Numbered from the stretch's first letter, positions 17,918 through 27,580 are shown. The stretch: DNA of 64,000 nucleotides from Candidatus Limnocylindrales bacterium (GCA_035526025.1 DATLDE010000005.1:125690-189689); one strand, 5' to 3'. Notes: generated from the sequence alone by a model not told the origin. Program-made: numbers and translations.

Positions 17918-20749
17918 TCAAATTTGTCCAAAACCGTATTTGCTTTCTCTTTTTTTAAAGGCTTCTTCTCCACCTTCAAGAATATCTTTAATTTTTATAT
18001 TAATAATCGGATTTTCTATGGAACCACTTATGTATCCTTTATTATCATCTTGATCTAATTGAGAAACAATTACTTGTTCAGCGTCAGCATTTACAACAAG
18101 ATTTGCATTATGTGTTGATAATATAATCTGTCTCACTTTTTTGATTCTTTTAATAAGGGGAACAAGCTGATTCATGATAAAGTGATTATCTAAGTTATCC
18201 TCAGGTTGATCAACGATAAATATTTGCTTAACACTAGCTGTTGCTAGATAGATTTTTAGCAATAATGTCCCTCTTTGTCCTACCGACAGTTTTTCTGTAG
18301 GGATTTCTTTTAATCGTGCAATTGCCTTAACGTGAATAAATTCATGCCATTTTGTAAATATGAAGTCAATAAATCTATTTATTCCACCTTCATTAAAATT
18401 CTCTTCTTTAAGGAAACTATTCAAATTATTATTAATCCACAGAGCCAATGAATCGAGTGTTATGTCTTTTATGATACCTTTGTCTTTTCCAGCTATGATC
18501 TCTTTAATATCTTGAGCTGATCTTACTCTTCTCCTATCAACGCAGCTGTTTAGAATGTAGTTACAAAATATTTCTTGCTTAAAATCAATTGCTCCCTCAA
18601 TACTAATATCACTTATAATATTCTTAAATAATTCCTTCTCATCTGTTGAGGAACTGTCCCGAGAGCTAGTAAACTCTATAAACTTCTCATCTATTATATC
18701 CTTGCTCAGTTTAACTTCTTTTATAATCTCAGAGTATAAATCGTTTCTCTCTTCTATCTTTTTGATAAGAATTTTTCTTTTTTCTTCATATGTTACAAGA
18801 TCCCTTGATGCATTATTAATTTCTTTTTGAATCGCCTCTATAGATTGCACCAGAGCAGTTATATCCTCTTTTATACCCAATGTAGAAAGCTTTATCTTTT
18901 TTTCTTCAATGGATTTATTAAGTTGTGTAATCTCTTCCCATACCTTTTTTTGTAAAATTTTAATAGATTTTTCTTGAGTATCAAGTACTATTTCTGGAAT
19001 TAATTCCAGATTTTCCTTGTACAAATCTTTCTGTGCTCTATTTAAGTCTGCTATTTCTTTATTGAGAGTAATAGATTTAACTCTTACAAGCAGATCCTCT
19101 ATATCGCTTGAGAAATCCCTAAGGCGCATCTTTCTGTCAATTTCTTTACTTATTTCTTCTAACAACTTCTTCGTTTCCTCTGATGAGAGTGTTTTCTTCT
19201 GAATTGATTTTCTATCAATATAGTTCCTTAACCATTGTTCAAAAGAAATTTGTTTTTTAAAATCAGGATATTTTTGATGTATATCAATAATTTCTTCTCT
19301 TATTATGTTGACGTCTGCTATTAAATTCCTTGCTACTTCGATTAATTGAGGCTTCTCAATATCTGAAAAATTTAAACTGATTAGCTCGCATACTTTTAAA
19401 GTAAGCTCTTTATCGTCTGTAGCTATCAAACTGAGTTGTTCTTGTCCAATGTACAAAAATGGTAAACTTAAGCTTTCAGAATCATCTAAAGTTTTCCCAA
19501 ACTCTTCTTGATTATTATCTTTATCAATCAATTTTGCCTTCAATGAAAATCCTGGAGAAGGATTTTTTAATTCAACGTTATCTCTATAAAATTCAATTAA
19601 CTTAGGCTTACCATTTTGGTCAGCTTTAGCATGTTCTTCATTTAAAAATGCAACTAAGTCTAAAAAAGCACTCTTTCCGCTTCCCCGGCCTCCAATGATT
19701 GTTACTAGCTCCCTGTTAAGGTAGAATTCTGCATTTGGGACGATAAAATTAACACTACCCTCTAAACTTATTTCATCAATATAAACTTTTTTTCTATCTT
19801 CAAAAGGGGATAGTTTCTGTATCTTAACTCTTTCTCCTGGTTCGTAAATGATTTGCTTTAAACCATCAAAGGTGGTGTCTGCTTTGATCCAACAAAATCT
19901 CATATCACAAGTGTCTGAACTTAAACTACAAGTGTGCCCTCTTTCTCCTCTCCTTGCGCAGGGTAACCCGATTTGCTCCAAGCTATGTGCATCTGAACCG
20001 TGGATGCAGGATTTTAGATTTCCATGTTTTCTGATAATTTCATCTTTATTATCAACGCCATTTCCTAAAAAATACGTAAAATCGTTTGGATTTCCAGAAA
20101 AAATACAGTGAGAAAACCTATAAATTTCTTGTCTTGTAGCGGATAAGCTAGAATGCTGAATCCCTGAGTTGCCATCCCTACTACTATTGGATACTACAAT
20201 TACAGAGTTATCTCTTAGTTCTTTATCTTTGGAAAAAATTTGCTGTAAGTTTGTAAGGTTTGTTTTAAATTGATTGACGCCCGCTTCATATGAAGCTTGC
20301 TCTGACAATGTTTCATCATTTGAATACTTCCTTCCTAGATTAATTAAATTGTCCTTAATACATTTATATGTTTCTCCTTGATATGTAAACTCAAGGCTGG
20401 AAAAAAATTTACTTTCTAAGGTATCGACGATTGAGGGATTAAAAATAATATGTAAATTTATTGGTGTTGACGTATCCGTTACTGGAACAATCCTTAATTC
20501 TACGTTTGGAAGAATCAAATCAATATTGGTTAAGTTACTATTATCTCTAATATATTTATATCCATCTACAGAAAAATAATCAGTTATCCCTACAACTGCA
20601 GTATCAGTTAATGTAGATAATTTTTCTAAGTACTTTTCCCATTTCTCTTCTATGGAAGACCCTTCAAATTGATTGTTGAGCGCAGAAACAGGAGAATGGA
20701 TATGCAAATCCCATTTTCTCCATTCAGATCCGCGTATGTATTTATCCAT
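17918..20749 (-). CDS. PHP-domain/SMC-like ABC ATPase fusion (TrlF/Ppl-like), probable defence protein
   Basis: GSEWRKWDLHIHSP, GITDY, HGSDAH; Walker A GGRGSGKS; LSVGQR; VDQPEDNLD; STHNANLVVN. Confidence 0.85.
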   Translation of the reverse strand: MDKYIRGSEWRKWDLHIHSPVSALNNQFEGSSIEEKWEKYLEKLSTLTDTAVVGITDYFSVDGYKYIRDNSNLTNIDLILPNVELRIVPVTDTSTPINLHIIFNPSIVDTLESKFFSSLEFTYQGETYKCIKDNLINLGRKYSNDETLSEQASYEAGVNQFKTNLTNLQQIFSKDKELRDNSVIVVSNSSRDGNSGIQHSSLSATRQEIYRFSHCIFSGNPNDFTYFLGNGVDNKDEIIRKHGNLKSCIHGSDAHSLEQIGLPCARRGERGHTCSLSSDTCDMRFCWIKADTTFDGLKQIIYEPGERVKIQKLSPFEDRKKVYIDEISLEGSVNFIVPNAEFYLNRELVTIIGGRGSGKSAFLDLVAFLNEEHAKADQNGKPKLIEFYRDNVELKNPSPGFSLKAKLIDKDNNQEEFGKTLDDSESLSLPFLYIGQEQLSLIATDDKELTLKVCELISLNFSDIEKPQLIEVARNLIADVNIIREEIIDIHQKYPDFKKQISFEQWLRNYIDRKSIQKKTLSSEETKKLLEEISKEIDRKMRLRDFSSDIEDLLVRVKSITLNKEIADLNRAQKDLYKENLELIPEIVLDTQEKSIKILQKKVWEEITQLNKSIEEKKIKLSTLGIKEDITALVQSIEAIQKEINNASRDLVTYEEKRKILIKKIEERNDLYSEIIKEVKLSKDIIDEKFIEFTSSRDSSSTDEKELFKNIISDISIEGAIDFKQEIFCNYILNSCVDRRRVRSAQDIKEIIAGKDKGIIKDITLDSLALWINNNLNSFLKEENFNEGGINRFIDFIFTKWHEFIHVKAIARLKEIPTEKLSVGQRGTLLLKIYLATASVKQIFIVDQPEDNLDNHFIMNQLVPLIKRIKKVRQIILSTHNANLVVNADAEQVIVSQLDQDDNKGYISGSIENPIINIKIKDILEGGEEAFKKRESKYGFGQI

Positions 20750-20857
20750 TGTTTATAATTCTTTCTAAGGAATTGTAACACTTTCTTATTTGATTTGATA
20801 TAATTCATTCTACAACTTAATGAGAAACATATTAAAAAAGTGATATACTATCCATAT

Positions 20858-21076
20858 ATGATTAGCAAACAGGAAGAAAAAAGCAGAAAAGAGTTAGGTG
20901 ATAAGCTAAGAATAGCTCGCGAAAAACTTGATTTTACTCAAGCCGATGTTGCTGAAAAAACGAATATCACAGTGAATTATTATGCAATGATTGAGCGAGG
21001 GGAGGTAAACCCATCCCTTAGTAAGGTAAGAAAATTACTCATTGTTCTTAAAATAAACCCTTCTAAGATATTCTAA
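20858..21076 (+). CDS. XRE-family HTH regulator
   Basis: LRIAREKLDFTQADVAE...YAMIERGEVNPSL. Confidence 0.9.
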   Translation: MISKQEEKSRKELGDKLRIAREKLDFTQADVAEKTNITVNYYAMIERGEVNPSLSKVRKLLIVLKINPSKIF

Positions 21077-21091
21077 CTGATTCCAAGTGGA

Positions 21092-21370
21092 TTAATTTAC
21101 TATTTTTGATTTTACTTTGTTCTTTACCTCAAATCGTTTCTTTAACCCCTGAACAAAAAGTTGTAATACTTTTGAAAAAATTATTGCATTTTCTTCAGAT
21201 GCATTTTCATGATCAACTTCTTCTAAGATTTTAAGAACGTCTTCTTTTAAAGAAATATCATACTTCTCTACCAAGGCAATATTATAACCTTGCTTGATTT
21301 TACTAGCATTCTCTTTAATCCAATCTTTTGAAAGTTCGTATTTAGCCATATGCCCCCTATTATATAACAC
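21092..21370 (-). CDS. Hypothetical protein
   Basis: Clean ORF convergent with XRE gene; no motif recognised. Confidence 0.55.
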   Translation of the reverse strand: MLYNRGHMAKYELSKDWIKENASKIKQGYNIALVEKYDISLKEDVLKILEEVDHENASEENAIIFSKVLQLFVQGLKKRFEVKNKVKSKIVN

Positions 21371-21430
21371 TTTCTTCCTCTTCGGATTCTTGATATACTT
21401 TCCTCAGGTGATCCCAGAAAGCTAAAATTC

Positions 21431-21473
21431 GTTCGAATAGACTGTATTCAGGGTCACAGTGAGGCTAAATAAC
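21431..21473 (+). repeat. att-like scar A (GGGTCAC core at 21451-21457)
   Basis: GGGTCACAGTGAGGCTAAATAAC resembles GGGTCACAGCGAAGCTAGATAAAC at 26668. Confidence 0.6.
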
Positions 21474-21524
21474 ATACCCCAAGTTGTTTAGCATAAAATT
21501 ATCGTGGCTGTTTGGTTCCAAAAA

Positions 21525-22043
21525 TTACTGACCAGAAAGTGGTTTTTCTGGAATAGTGATACACACCTCACAATTAGGATCATCACATTTCGATTCTAGC
21601 CATATATTACATTTGGGACAGAAATACCTATCGTATTTCTCATAATAAATCCTTAACGTTTTACAATTCTTACATTTTTGAAAATCAATAAATCCTCGAA
21701 CCTCAATCTTTCCAATTCTAACTATATTATTACTTTCAGAAATATTAAGCTCTTTAAGAGAATTATAGGTAGTTACCACTTCGCCTACATCATCCTTAAT
21801 TCCTTCCATTTCAATCCAATTAAGAAGTAAATTTGGATATTCGTACCCTGCTTGCTCTTTTGCCTCTTTAATTGATTTATACCTGGTATCAGTTACGAAC
21901 TCTCCATCGCGTGTATATCTATCTAAGTAATAAGCACTATCTTTTTCTTCAATTACAAGTATTTCTACTATTTCACTCGCATCGTATGGATTGGATCTTT
22001 CTTCTTTAACTGCAACTATAGCGTATTCTCTAATTCTTTTCAT
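21525..22043 (-). CDS. Hypothetical protein: apparent fusion of a small immunity-like domain and a Cys-rich Zn-binding domain
   Basis: N-half ...DTRYKSIKEAKEQAGYEY; C-half CKNC..YDRYFCPKCNIWLESKCDDPNCEVC. Confidence 0.55.
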   Translation of the reverse strand: MKRIREYAIVAVKEERSNPYDASEIVEILVIEEKDSAYYLDRYTRDGEFVTDTRYKSIKEAKEQAGYEYPNLLLNWIEMEGIKDDVGEVVTTYNSLKELNISESNNIVRIGKIEVRGFIDFQKCKNCKTLRIYYEKYDRYFCPKCNIWLESKCDDPNCEVCITIPEKPLSGQ

Positions 22044-22088
22044 GCAGTAATTATATCAAAACAAAAATAAATCCTTGATATAAATAAC

Positions 22089-22436
22089 TTACGTTTGGGT
22101 TGAGTATTTTTCTACAATAGCTTCGCATGCATCAAGCATATCGGGTTTCATAACTTTAATATATTCTTCTAACTCAGAATCAAGTTTTTTAAGTGCATCT
22201 TTGTTCCATTTTTCTCGCACTTCTTCATCTAGTGGTATGTGATCAGTATCATCAGCTACTAACATAAAAATGTCAAATAATTCATCATCAGAGTAATCAG
22301 TTTGATACCTATATGTTTCAATTTTACGACTTCCAGCTGCAAGATTTATCTTTCCATCTATCATATTCTTCGCTATTTCTATAATCTTGTTAGCAGACTC
22401 TTTTTTGATTTGTTCAGGCAATGATGTCATATGCAA
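22089..22436 (-). CDS. Small acidic protein, DUF2489-like/immunity-like
   Basis: DTDHIPL..VREKWNKDAL..LD pattern. Confidence 0.5.
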   Translation of the reverse strand: MHMTSLPEQIKKESANKIIEIAKNMIDGKINLAAGSRKIETYRYQTDYSDDELFDIFMLVADDTDHIPLDEEVREKWNKDALKKLDSELEEYIKVMKPDMLDACEAIVEKYSTQT

Positions 22437-22477
22437 TTAATCTTTAATTCATAGATATTTTATTCTTAGTAAGTTTA

Positions 22478-22798
22478 TTATTCAACGTCCTTAATCCAAT
22501 TCGTCAGATAGTCCGGGTCTTTAACCAATTCTCCGGTACTCCGTAGTGTATACTCGCCTGGCTCTGCTCGTTTCCAAGTACTAAAATCAGGTGGAAGCGA
22601 GATTGTCTCATCTGAATTATAAAGCTGTATAATAACACCTTCTTTTTTATTCACTCGCACTACATTACCATATTTTTGTTCTTGCTTGATGACCGTACCA
22701 TCTTTTTTTTCATGAGTATATCCAACAATAACTAGCTTGCCTATTAACGTCGCAGCATAAGACTTGTCATAAAAGCGGTATATATCAGTTGATTTCAT
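22478..22798 (-). CDS. Small hypothetical protein (immunity-like)
   Basis: GKLVIVGYT...LPPD...AEPGEYTLRSTGELVKDPDYLTNW. Confidence 0.55.
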   Translation of the reverse strand: MKSTDIYRFYDKSYAATLIGKLVIVGYTHEKKDGTVIKQEQKYGNVVRVNKKEGVIIQLYNSDETISLPPDFSTWKRAEPGEYTLRSTGELVKDPDYLTNWIKDVE

Positions 22799-22849
22799 AT
22801 AATTAATCTGAATTTATTTCTCCTATCTTAATCTATTTTGATTCACATA

Positions 22850-23314
22850 TCATTGTTTTCCACAAATGATCCTATATGTGTTCCAATGTGAATCCTCTTG
22901 AATTGTGCATTGAAGCTTGTGATGTTTTATTTCATCTCTCAACCTTTCATATATTTTTGCAGCAGATGCATAATTTCCGGTATAGAAAATGAATTCTTTC
23001 ATCCCTTCGCCCATAATAGTTCCTACAAATATAGCAAGGTCGTCATTGGCAAATTCATTTTCTAATATAATTTCCATATTTAATAATTTCTCATTTTCTT
23101 CTTTTGATGGAAAACCCTTATTGTCGCTATAAAGTGATGTTGCTATCCCGATTTGATAAGGATACTTGCCACTCTTGGCATATTTCCATTGATTATCTTT
23201 AACTCGCAATAAATACGTCTTTCCATTTTCCTTCATTTCTGCAATAGAATATGTATCTTCAGATTGGCTGACTTTTCTAGGTTTCTTATTTTTGTTAAAT
23301 GTTTTTGAAAACAT
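22850..23314 (-). CDS. DUF695-family protein
   Basis: GFPSKEENEKLLNME...GEGMKEFIFY...EDSHWNTY. Confidence 0.7.
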   Translation of the reverse strand: MFSKTFNKNKKPRKVSQSEDTYSIAEMKENGKTYLLRVKDNQWKYAKSGKYPYQIGIATSLYSDNKGFPSKEENEKLLNMEIILENEFANDDLAIFVGTIMGEGMKEFIFYTGNYASAAKIYERLRDEIKHHKLQCTIQEDSHWNTYRIICGKQ

Positions 23315-23316
23315 AA

Positions 23317-23613
23317 TTACTTTTTTTGATTATCATTCCACCATCCTAGTATTTCCTCTGCAACATCTAAATCTGGCTTTGTAGAATGCAGACCATAACC
23401 ATCAGCAATTAATTTACCAATCAATTCTGAAAGATCCTTCTTACTTGGGTTTTGGAATAATGCTTTAAGAATTGGATTGATCAAATCTTCATACTCATTC
23501 TTAACCCCTTCAGGAACCACCTGTAAAAAATCGTATTCGTTCAAAATATCCCGGACTGCAATGTGATATTCTTTATATTTACTCAGTTGTATTTTCTTAT
23601 TCATATTTTTCAT
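23317..23613 (-). CDS. DUF1871-like small protein
   Basis: VRDILNEYDFLQV...NEYEDLI..IL. Confidence 0.5.
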   Translation of the reverse strand: MKNMNKKIQLSKYKEYHIAVRDILNEYDFLQVVPEGVKNEYEDLINPILKALFQNPSKKDLSELIGKLIADGYGLHSTKPDLDVAEEILGWWNDNQKK

Positions 23614-23791
23614 AAGTGGATTATAGCAAAGTGGCTAAAAATAACAATTTTAGTAGGTTTTAATAACCTATGGTAGTAAGAGCCGAGGATTGAGTAGCTT
23701 CAGGCTGAATAATACTTTTCCATTGCTGCAATGAACCTAGAATCTGGTTCACCATTCGTCATTATATTCCTCCGGGTAAGAACCCGATGGA

Positions 23792-23821
23792 GCAGGCAAC
23801 TCTGATTCATTGGGGTCATAG
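23792..23821 (+). repeat. att-like scar B
   Basis: GCAGGCAACTCTGATTCATTGGGGTCATAG vs GCAGGCAATTCTGAATCATTTGGGGTCACAG at 26646. Confidence 0.7.
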
Positions 23822-23886
23822 TTAAATAATGAATTCTAAAATAGTATGCAAGCTCTTCTACGTATTTCAGTTATAATTACAATGGA

Positions 23887-24879
23887 ATGATTAAAAATAC
23901 TTATAACAACTCCCGTTGGTTAGAAATTTTAAAGTATGGTAAATATGCTCCAACTCCTCATAACACTCAATGGTATTACCTACATGTAATCAACCAAAAT
24001 AAAGCATTAGTTGGAATAGATAGTTCCATTAGCATACCTTACACTGATCCCGATGATCAGTTTCGATTCACAGGACTTGGTGTTTTTGTAGCTCATCTAG
24101 AATATGCCGCAAAAGCCGCAGGATATTCTGTTCGGTCCACATTTCATGTTAATGATTCCACCTTTCCTGTTGAAGTGCAAATAACTAATACCATAAAACC
24201 TGATCCGTTACTGGCTAAGACTATTTTACAACGACGAACGAGTCGCTTACCCTACCAGAAGAAAAAAATTAGCGACAACGCATTAATAGAGCTCTTAAAG
24301 TTGTCTACAAAGGAGAATTTACTACATATTTCCTCTGACAAATTACTAGTAAGTGCTGTTATCAATCTTAATAACAAAATTCTAATTGATGAATTACGCG
24401 ATAAGGGGCTAGGAGACGAGTTGTCACATTGGATTCGATACACGAACCATGCTCAGGCACAGCATCAAAATGGGTTTACTCCCGACACACTCGCAGTCAG
24501 CGGGTGGAAAATTTGGCTCATCTTGAGATTTAGGTGGGTTGTAAAAATTTCATTTATGCGGCAATGGTTAACAAGACAGTATATTAAACAAAATATCACT
24601 GGCACGGTAGGCTGGATCTACAGTTCTTTCGCTACAAAACAAGATCAATATTACGCAGGCAGATTTATGATGGATCTCTGGATACGTGTGACTGAGTTGG
24701 GATTCTATATGCAGCCTTACGGGTCTATTATTACCAATCTATCCGCTCGAAAACAGTTTTTAAAAGCAGCTGGTCAATCAGAGGCGTATGGTAAAATGGT
24801 TTGGTTAGCTTTTCGTGTTGGAGTTTCTGATGTTCCAGCCGCATCACCACGCAAACCAATTGAGGAGTATTTACGATGA
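23887..24879 (+). CDS. Acg-like nitroreductase-fold FMN-binding protein
   Basis: YAPTPHNTQW, ILQRRTSRLPY, AGRFMMDLWI, SPRKPIEE. Confidence 0.75.
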   Translation: MIKNTYNNSRWLEILKYGKYAPTPHNTQWYYLHVINQNKALVGIDSSISIPYTDPDDQFRFTGLGVFVAHLEYAAKAAGYSVRSTFHVNDSTFPVEVQITNTIKPDPLLAKTILQRRTSRLPYQKKKISDNALIELLKLSTKENLLHISSDKLLVSAVINLNNKILIDELRDKGLGDELSHWIRYTNHAQAQHQNGFTPDTLAVSGWKIWLILRFRWVVKISFMRQWLTRQYIKQNITGTVGWIYSSFATKQDQYYAGRFMMDLWIRVTELGFYMQPYGSIITNLSARKQFLKAAGQSEAYGKMVWLAFRVGVSDVPAASPRKPIEEYLR

Positions 24880-26414
24880 AATTATCTGACATTATCTGGT
24901 TACCATTAGTAGTCTTAATTAACATTTTGGAGACATTATTCCTACGGAATGAAAATGTTTACAAGATTATGCTAATAAACCGACTTGAGCCTATTAGCTG
25001 GAATATTTCAAAACAACGAGCGGCAGCTCTTGCCAGAAAAGCATGCCGTCAAGTGCCCGCCTACCGTGACTACTATGAAAAAGCTGGAGTCAAAAACATT
25101 GTTGCTAGCAACTTTAATCAACTGCCCGTAACCGATAAAGAAAGCTTTGTAAAAAAATACGCTATAGCCAATCGTGTATGGAACGGCATAATACCCGACT
25201 ATGGTGTAACAGTTGACGAATCATCTGGCAGTACGGGTAGCCCAACTAACTGGGTTCGTGGCTGGGATGAACGGCAAACAACCAAGGAGCTTCTGCAACT
25301 TTCTTTTCATAGCACCTTTCATAAAGACAAAATTTTTGTTTTTAACGCTTTCGTACTTGGGGCTTGGGCTACTGGTATGATTGTTAGCCAATCTATCGGT
25401 GAAATCTGCATTATGAAATCCACCGGGTCAGACGCCGAGAAAATCTTGAATACCATGAAGTATTTTGGCAAGAATTATCACTACATTATCATGGGGTATC
25501 CACCGTTTCTTAAGAGTCTTATCGATGATAATGAGTTTGACTGGAATGGTTATAATGTTGACTGTATCTATGGCGGTGAAGCTATAACTGAACAGGTTCG
25601 AGACTACTTGGGAAAGACATTTGGTAGAGTTATCGGTAGTTACGGCGCATCAGATCTTGAAATAAATATTGGCTATGAGAATGACTTTACCATTGCCTTA
25701 CGAAGAGCACTCTTAACAGATGAGGCACTGCGCAAGGAATTAGTTAAAGATTTCGGTTCTCTTCCATGCATATTTCAATATAATCCACTAGCATACTATG
25801 TAGAGACTAATGAGAATAACGAGCTTTTATTTACCATAAATCGATCAGTAAATATATCTCCAAAAATCCGATACAACATACACGATATAGGCTATACGCT
25901 TCGCTACAATGCCGTTATTGACGTACTCAAAAAATGCAATCGTATGGATGTCATAGAAACTGCGCGAGCCAATGGTCGTCGACTGGTAAATCTACCAATA
26001 CTGTTTCACTACGGTAGATCGGACATGAGCATTAACTACTTCGGTGCAAAGGTAACACCAGAGGGTATTCGCCAAGCACTGAATGCAATACCTGAGCTGA
26101 GCCCACACCTTGAATCTTTCCAGGCTTTTAATGCCGAAAACGATCGCAAAGATAGTCTCATGGTTGTGTGCGTTGAGCTCACTGCTGGTGTTAAAGTCAA
26201 ATTGATTGACCAGGAAAAAATTGAGAGTAAGTTCCCTGAAGAACTCGGTAAGCTTAACGGTGATTTCTACAAAATGCTGTCAACTGCAAAGAAACATCTA
26301 TACCCAGAGGTGCGTATATATGAACATCAGACTGGACCCTTCGAGGGAGGCCATAAGAAAATCAAACATAGTTATGTGGCAACAGCTATCCAATACGACG
26401 ATATTCCTGTTTAG
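24876..26414 (+). CDS. Phenylacetate-CoA ligase/coenzyme F390 synthetase-like adenylate-forming enzyme
   Basis: VPAYRDYY, LPVTDKE, SSGSTGSP P-loop, GGEA, YGASD, IRYNIHDIG, GRSD; ATGA overlap with upstream gene. Confidence 0.85.
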   Translation: MKLSDIIWLPLVVLINILETLFLRNENVYKIMLINRLEPISWNISKQRAAALARKACRQVPAYRDYYEKAGVKNIVASNFNQLPVTDKESFVKKYAIANRVWNGIIPDYGVTVDESSGSTGSPTNWVRGWDERQTTKELLQLSFHSTFHKDKIFVFNAFVLGAWATGMIVSQSIGEICIMKSTGSDAEKILNTMKYFGKNYHYIIMGYPPFLKSLIDDNEFDWNGYNVDCIYGGEAITEQVRDYLGKTFGRVIGSYGASDLEINIGYENDFTIALRRALLTDEALRKELVKDFGSLPCIFQYNPLAYYVETNENNELLFTINRSVNISPKIRYNIHDIGYTLRYNAVIDVLKKCNRMDVIETARANGRRLVNLPILFHYGRSDMSINYFGAKVTPEGIRQALNAIPELSPHLESFQAFNAENDRKDSLMVVCVELTAGVKVKLIDQEKIESKFPEELGKLNGDFYKMLSTAKKHLYPEVRIYEHQTGPFEGGHKKIKHSYVATAIQYDDIPV

Positions 26415-26636
26415 GTATTCTACTTTTAAAAAAATCTCATATTTATGAAGATTTATTGGGCAAAAAATGTTAAATAAAAATATGCCCCTAGCAAGGTCAA
26501 TAACAGGTTCAGAATAACTGCAAGAAAAATCTTCCATAAAGCTTTAAAAGAATTGCTAAAATTGCGCTTGATATCCAGAGAAATGAAGCTAGTGTAGCAT
26601 TTAGTAAAACATGCTTTTTTGCTATACAAGCTAGAA

Positions 26637-26691
26637 CCTGCTCACGCAGGCAATTCTGAATCATTTGGGGTCACAGCGAAGCTAGATAAAC
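26637..26691 (+). repeat. att-like scar C; resembles decayed 3' half of tRNA-Glu
   Basis: CCTGC-TCAC-GCAGG hairpin, CAA, broken T-arm, GGGGTCAC; shares left arm with B and right arm with A. Confidence 0.65.
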
Positions 26692-26703
26692 GGATTTCAA
26701 CTA

Positions 26704-27432
26704 TCAATCACTATGCTCACACCGCTGTGGTGGCTCTAATTTAGGAAGCGTTGTCTTGTTATGAACGAGGGCTGCGTTGTTTTTCACATATACGAAATAA
26801 TTATTACTTCCTGAAACCTGAGGATTATATACTGTAATTGGTGTTTCGCTTTGAACTTCCTCGATGCTCTCAATAACTAGTGGGACAATCGCCTCTGCAG
26901 CTACTAATTCATCTCCTGCAGCAAGTTCTTTTGCTTTTTTCCAAATTATGTTTCCAGACTTTCGCACCCCCATAGGATGTTCAGATGTAACTTTTAGTGT
27001 CCGGTTAATAAGATAATACGAATTTACTTTATAACTTCTGCACATCTCTATTTTTCCAGAAACAATTGTATTTGTTTTGATATCAAGACCCATCACCTCA
27101 TCACCTACATCTAGAGCAGAAATTCTCACTTTCCCCTTTGAAGTCCAGACTTGTGTATCACCTGTAAAGCTACTACTCATCCCCATGCCTAAAGCAGAAA
27201 ACACATACTGCAAGCCTACGTATGTTATTGCAGTAATAATGAAAATTACTATTCCTATTTTCATTTTCTTTACCCACATGTTATGAGGAGTATGCCTGAG
27301 TGAAGACAAAATTATACCCAAAATTCCGATAATAATCAGAATTACTGAAACGGTTGTTGAAATAAAAAATAATGAACTAATGATGTTTAGGAAAATACGA
27401 ATTGGTAAATACATATTACTTAGTATAGACAT
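26704..27432 (-). CDS. Two-TM (pilin-like) protein fused to a Hint/bacterial intein-like domain
   Basis: SFTGDTQVWT...LDVGDEV...VTSEHP...VYNPQV..NNYFV...LVHNK. Confidence 0.85.
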   Translation of the reverse strand: MSILSNMYLPIRIFLNIISSLFFISTTVSVILIIIGILGIILSSLRHTPHNMWVKKMKIGIVIFIITAITYVGLQYVFSALGMGMSSSFTGDTQVWTSKGKVRISALDVGDEVMGLDIKTNTIVSGKIEMCRSYKVNSYYLINRTLKVTSEHPMGVRKSGNIIWKKAKELAAGDELVAAEAIVPLVIESIEEVQSETPITVYNPQVSGSNNYFVYVKNNAALVHNKTTLPKLEPPQRCEHSD

Positions 27433-27540
27433 TTATTGAGAGTTTTGTAAGCGTGTTGGTTTCAAGCTTCCACTGGAAGTAATTGCTGACAACTCTTCTA
27501 CTTTAAACTTTAAAAAGTTTTCTATCATACAAATGAACTA

Positions 27541-27580
27541 TCTGAATTTAATTTCAACTGCCAAAGATCGGGGTCACACA
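27541..27580 (+). repeat. att-like scar D (GGGGTCAC at 27570-27577)
   Basis: Same core; minus strand reads VTPIFGS*N*I. Confidence 0.55.

Larger units (their letters stand above)
1..21457. mobile_element. Integrative conjugative element-like region (left end and integrase outside window; right end uncertain)
   Basis: T4SS, coupling protein, relaxase, DUF2958, defence cargo, first att-like scar at 21451. Confidence 0.7.

Noticed and set aside
26637-26676. Functional tRNA gene
   Set aside because: No D-arm, shortened anticodon loop, disrupted T-arm and no CCA
21431-27580. Classical integron attC sites
   Set aside because: No RYYYAAC/GTTRRRY boxes with the expected long hairpin, and no IntI gene
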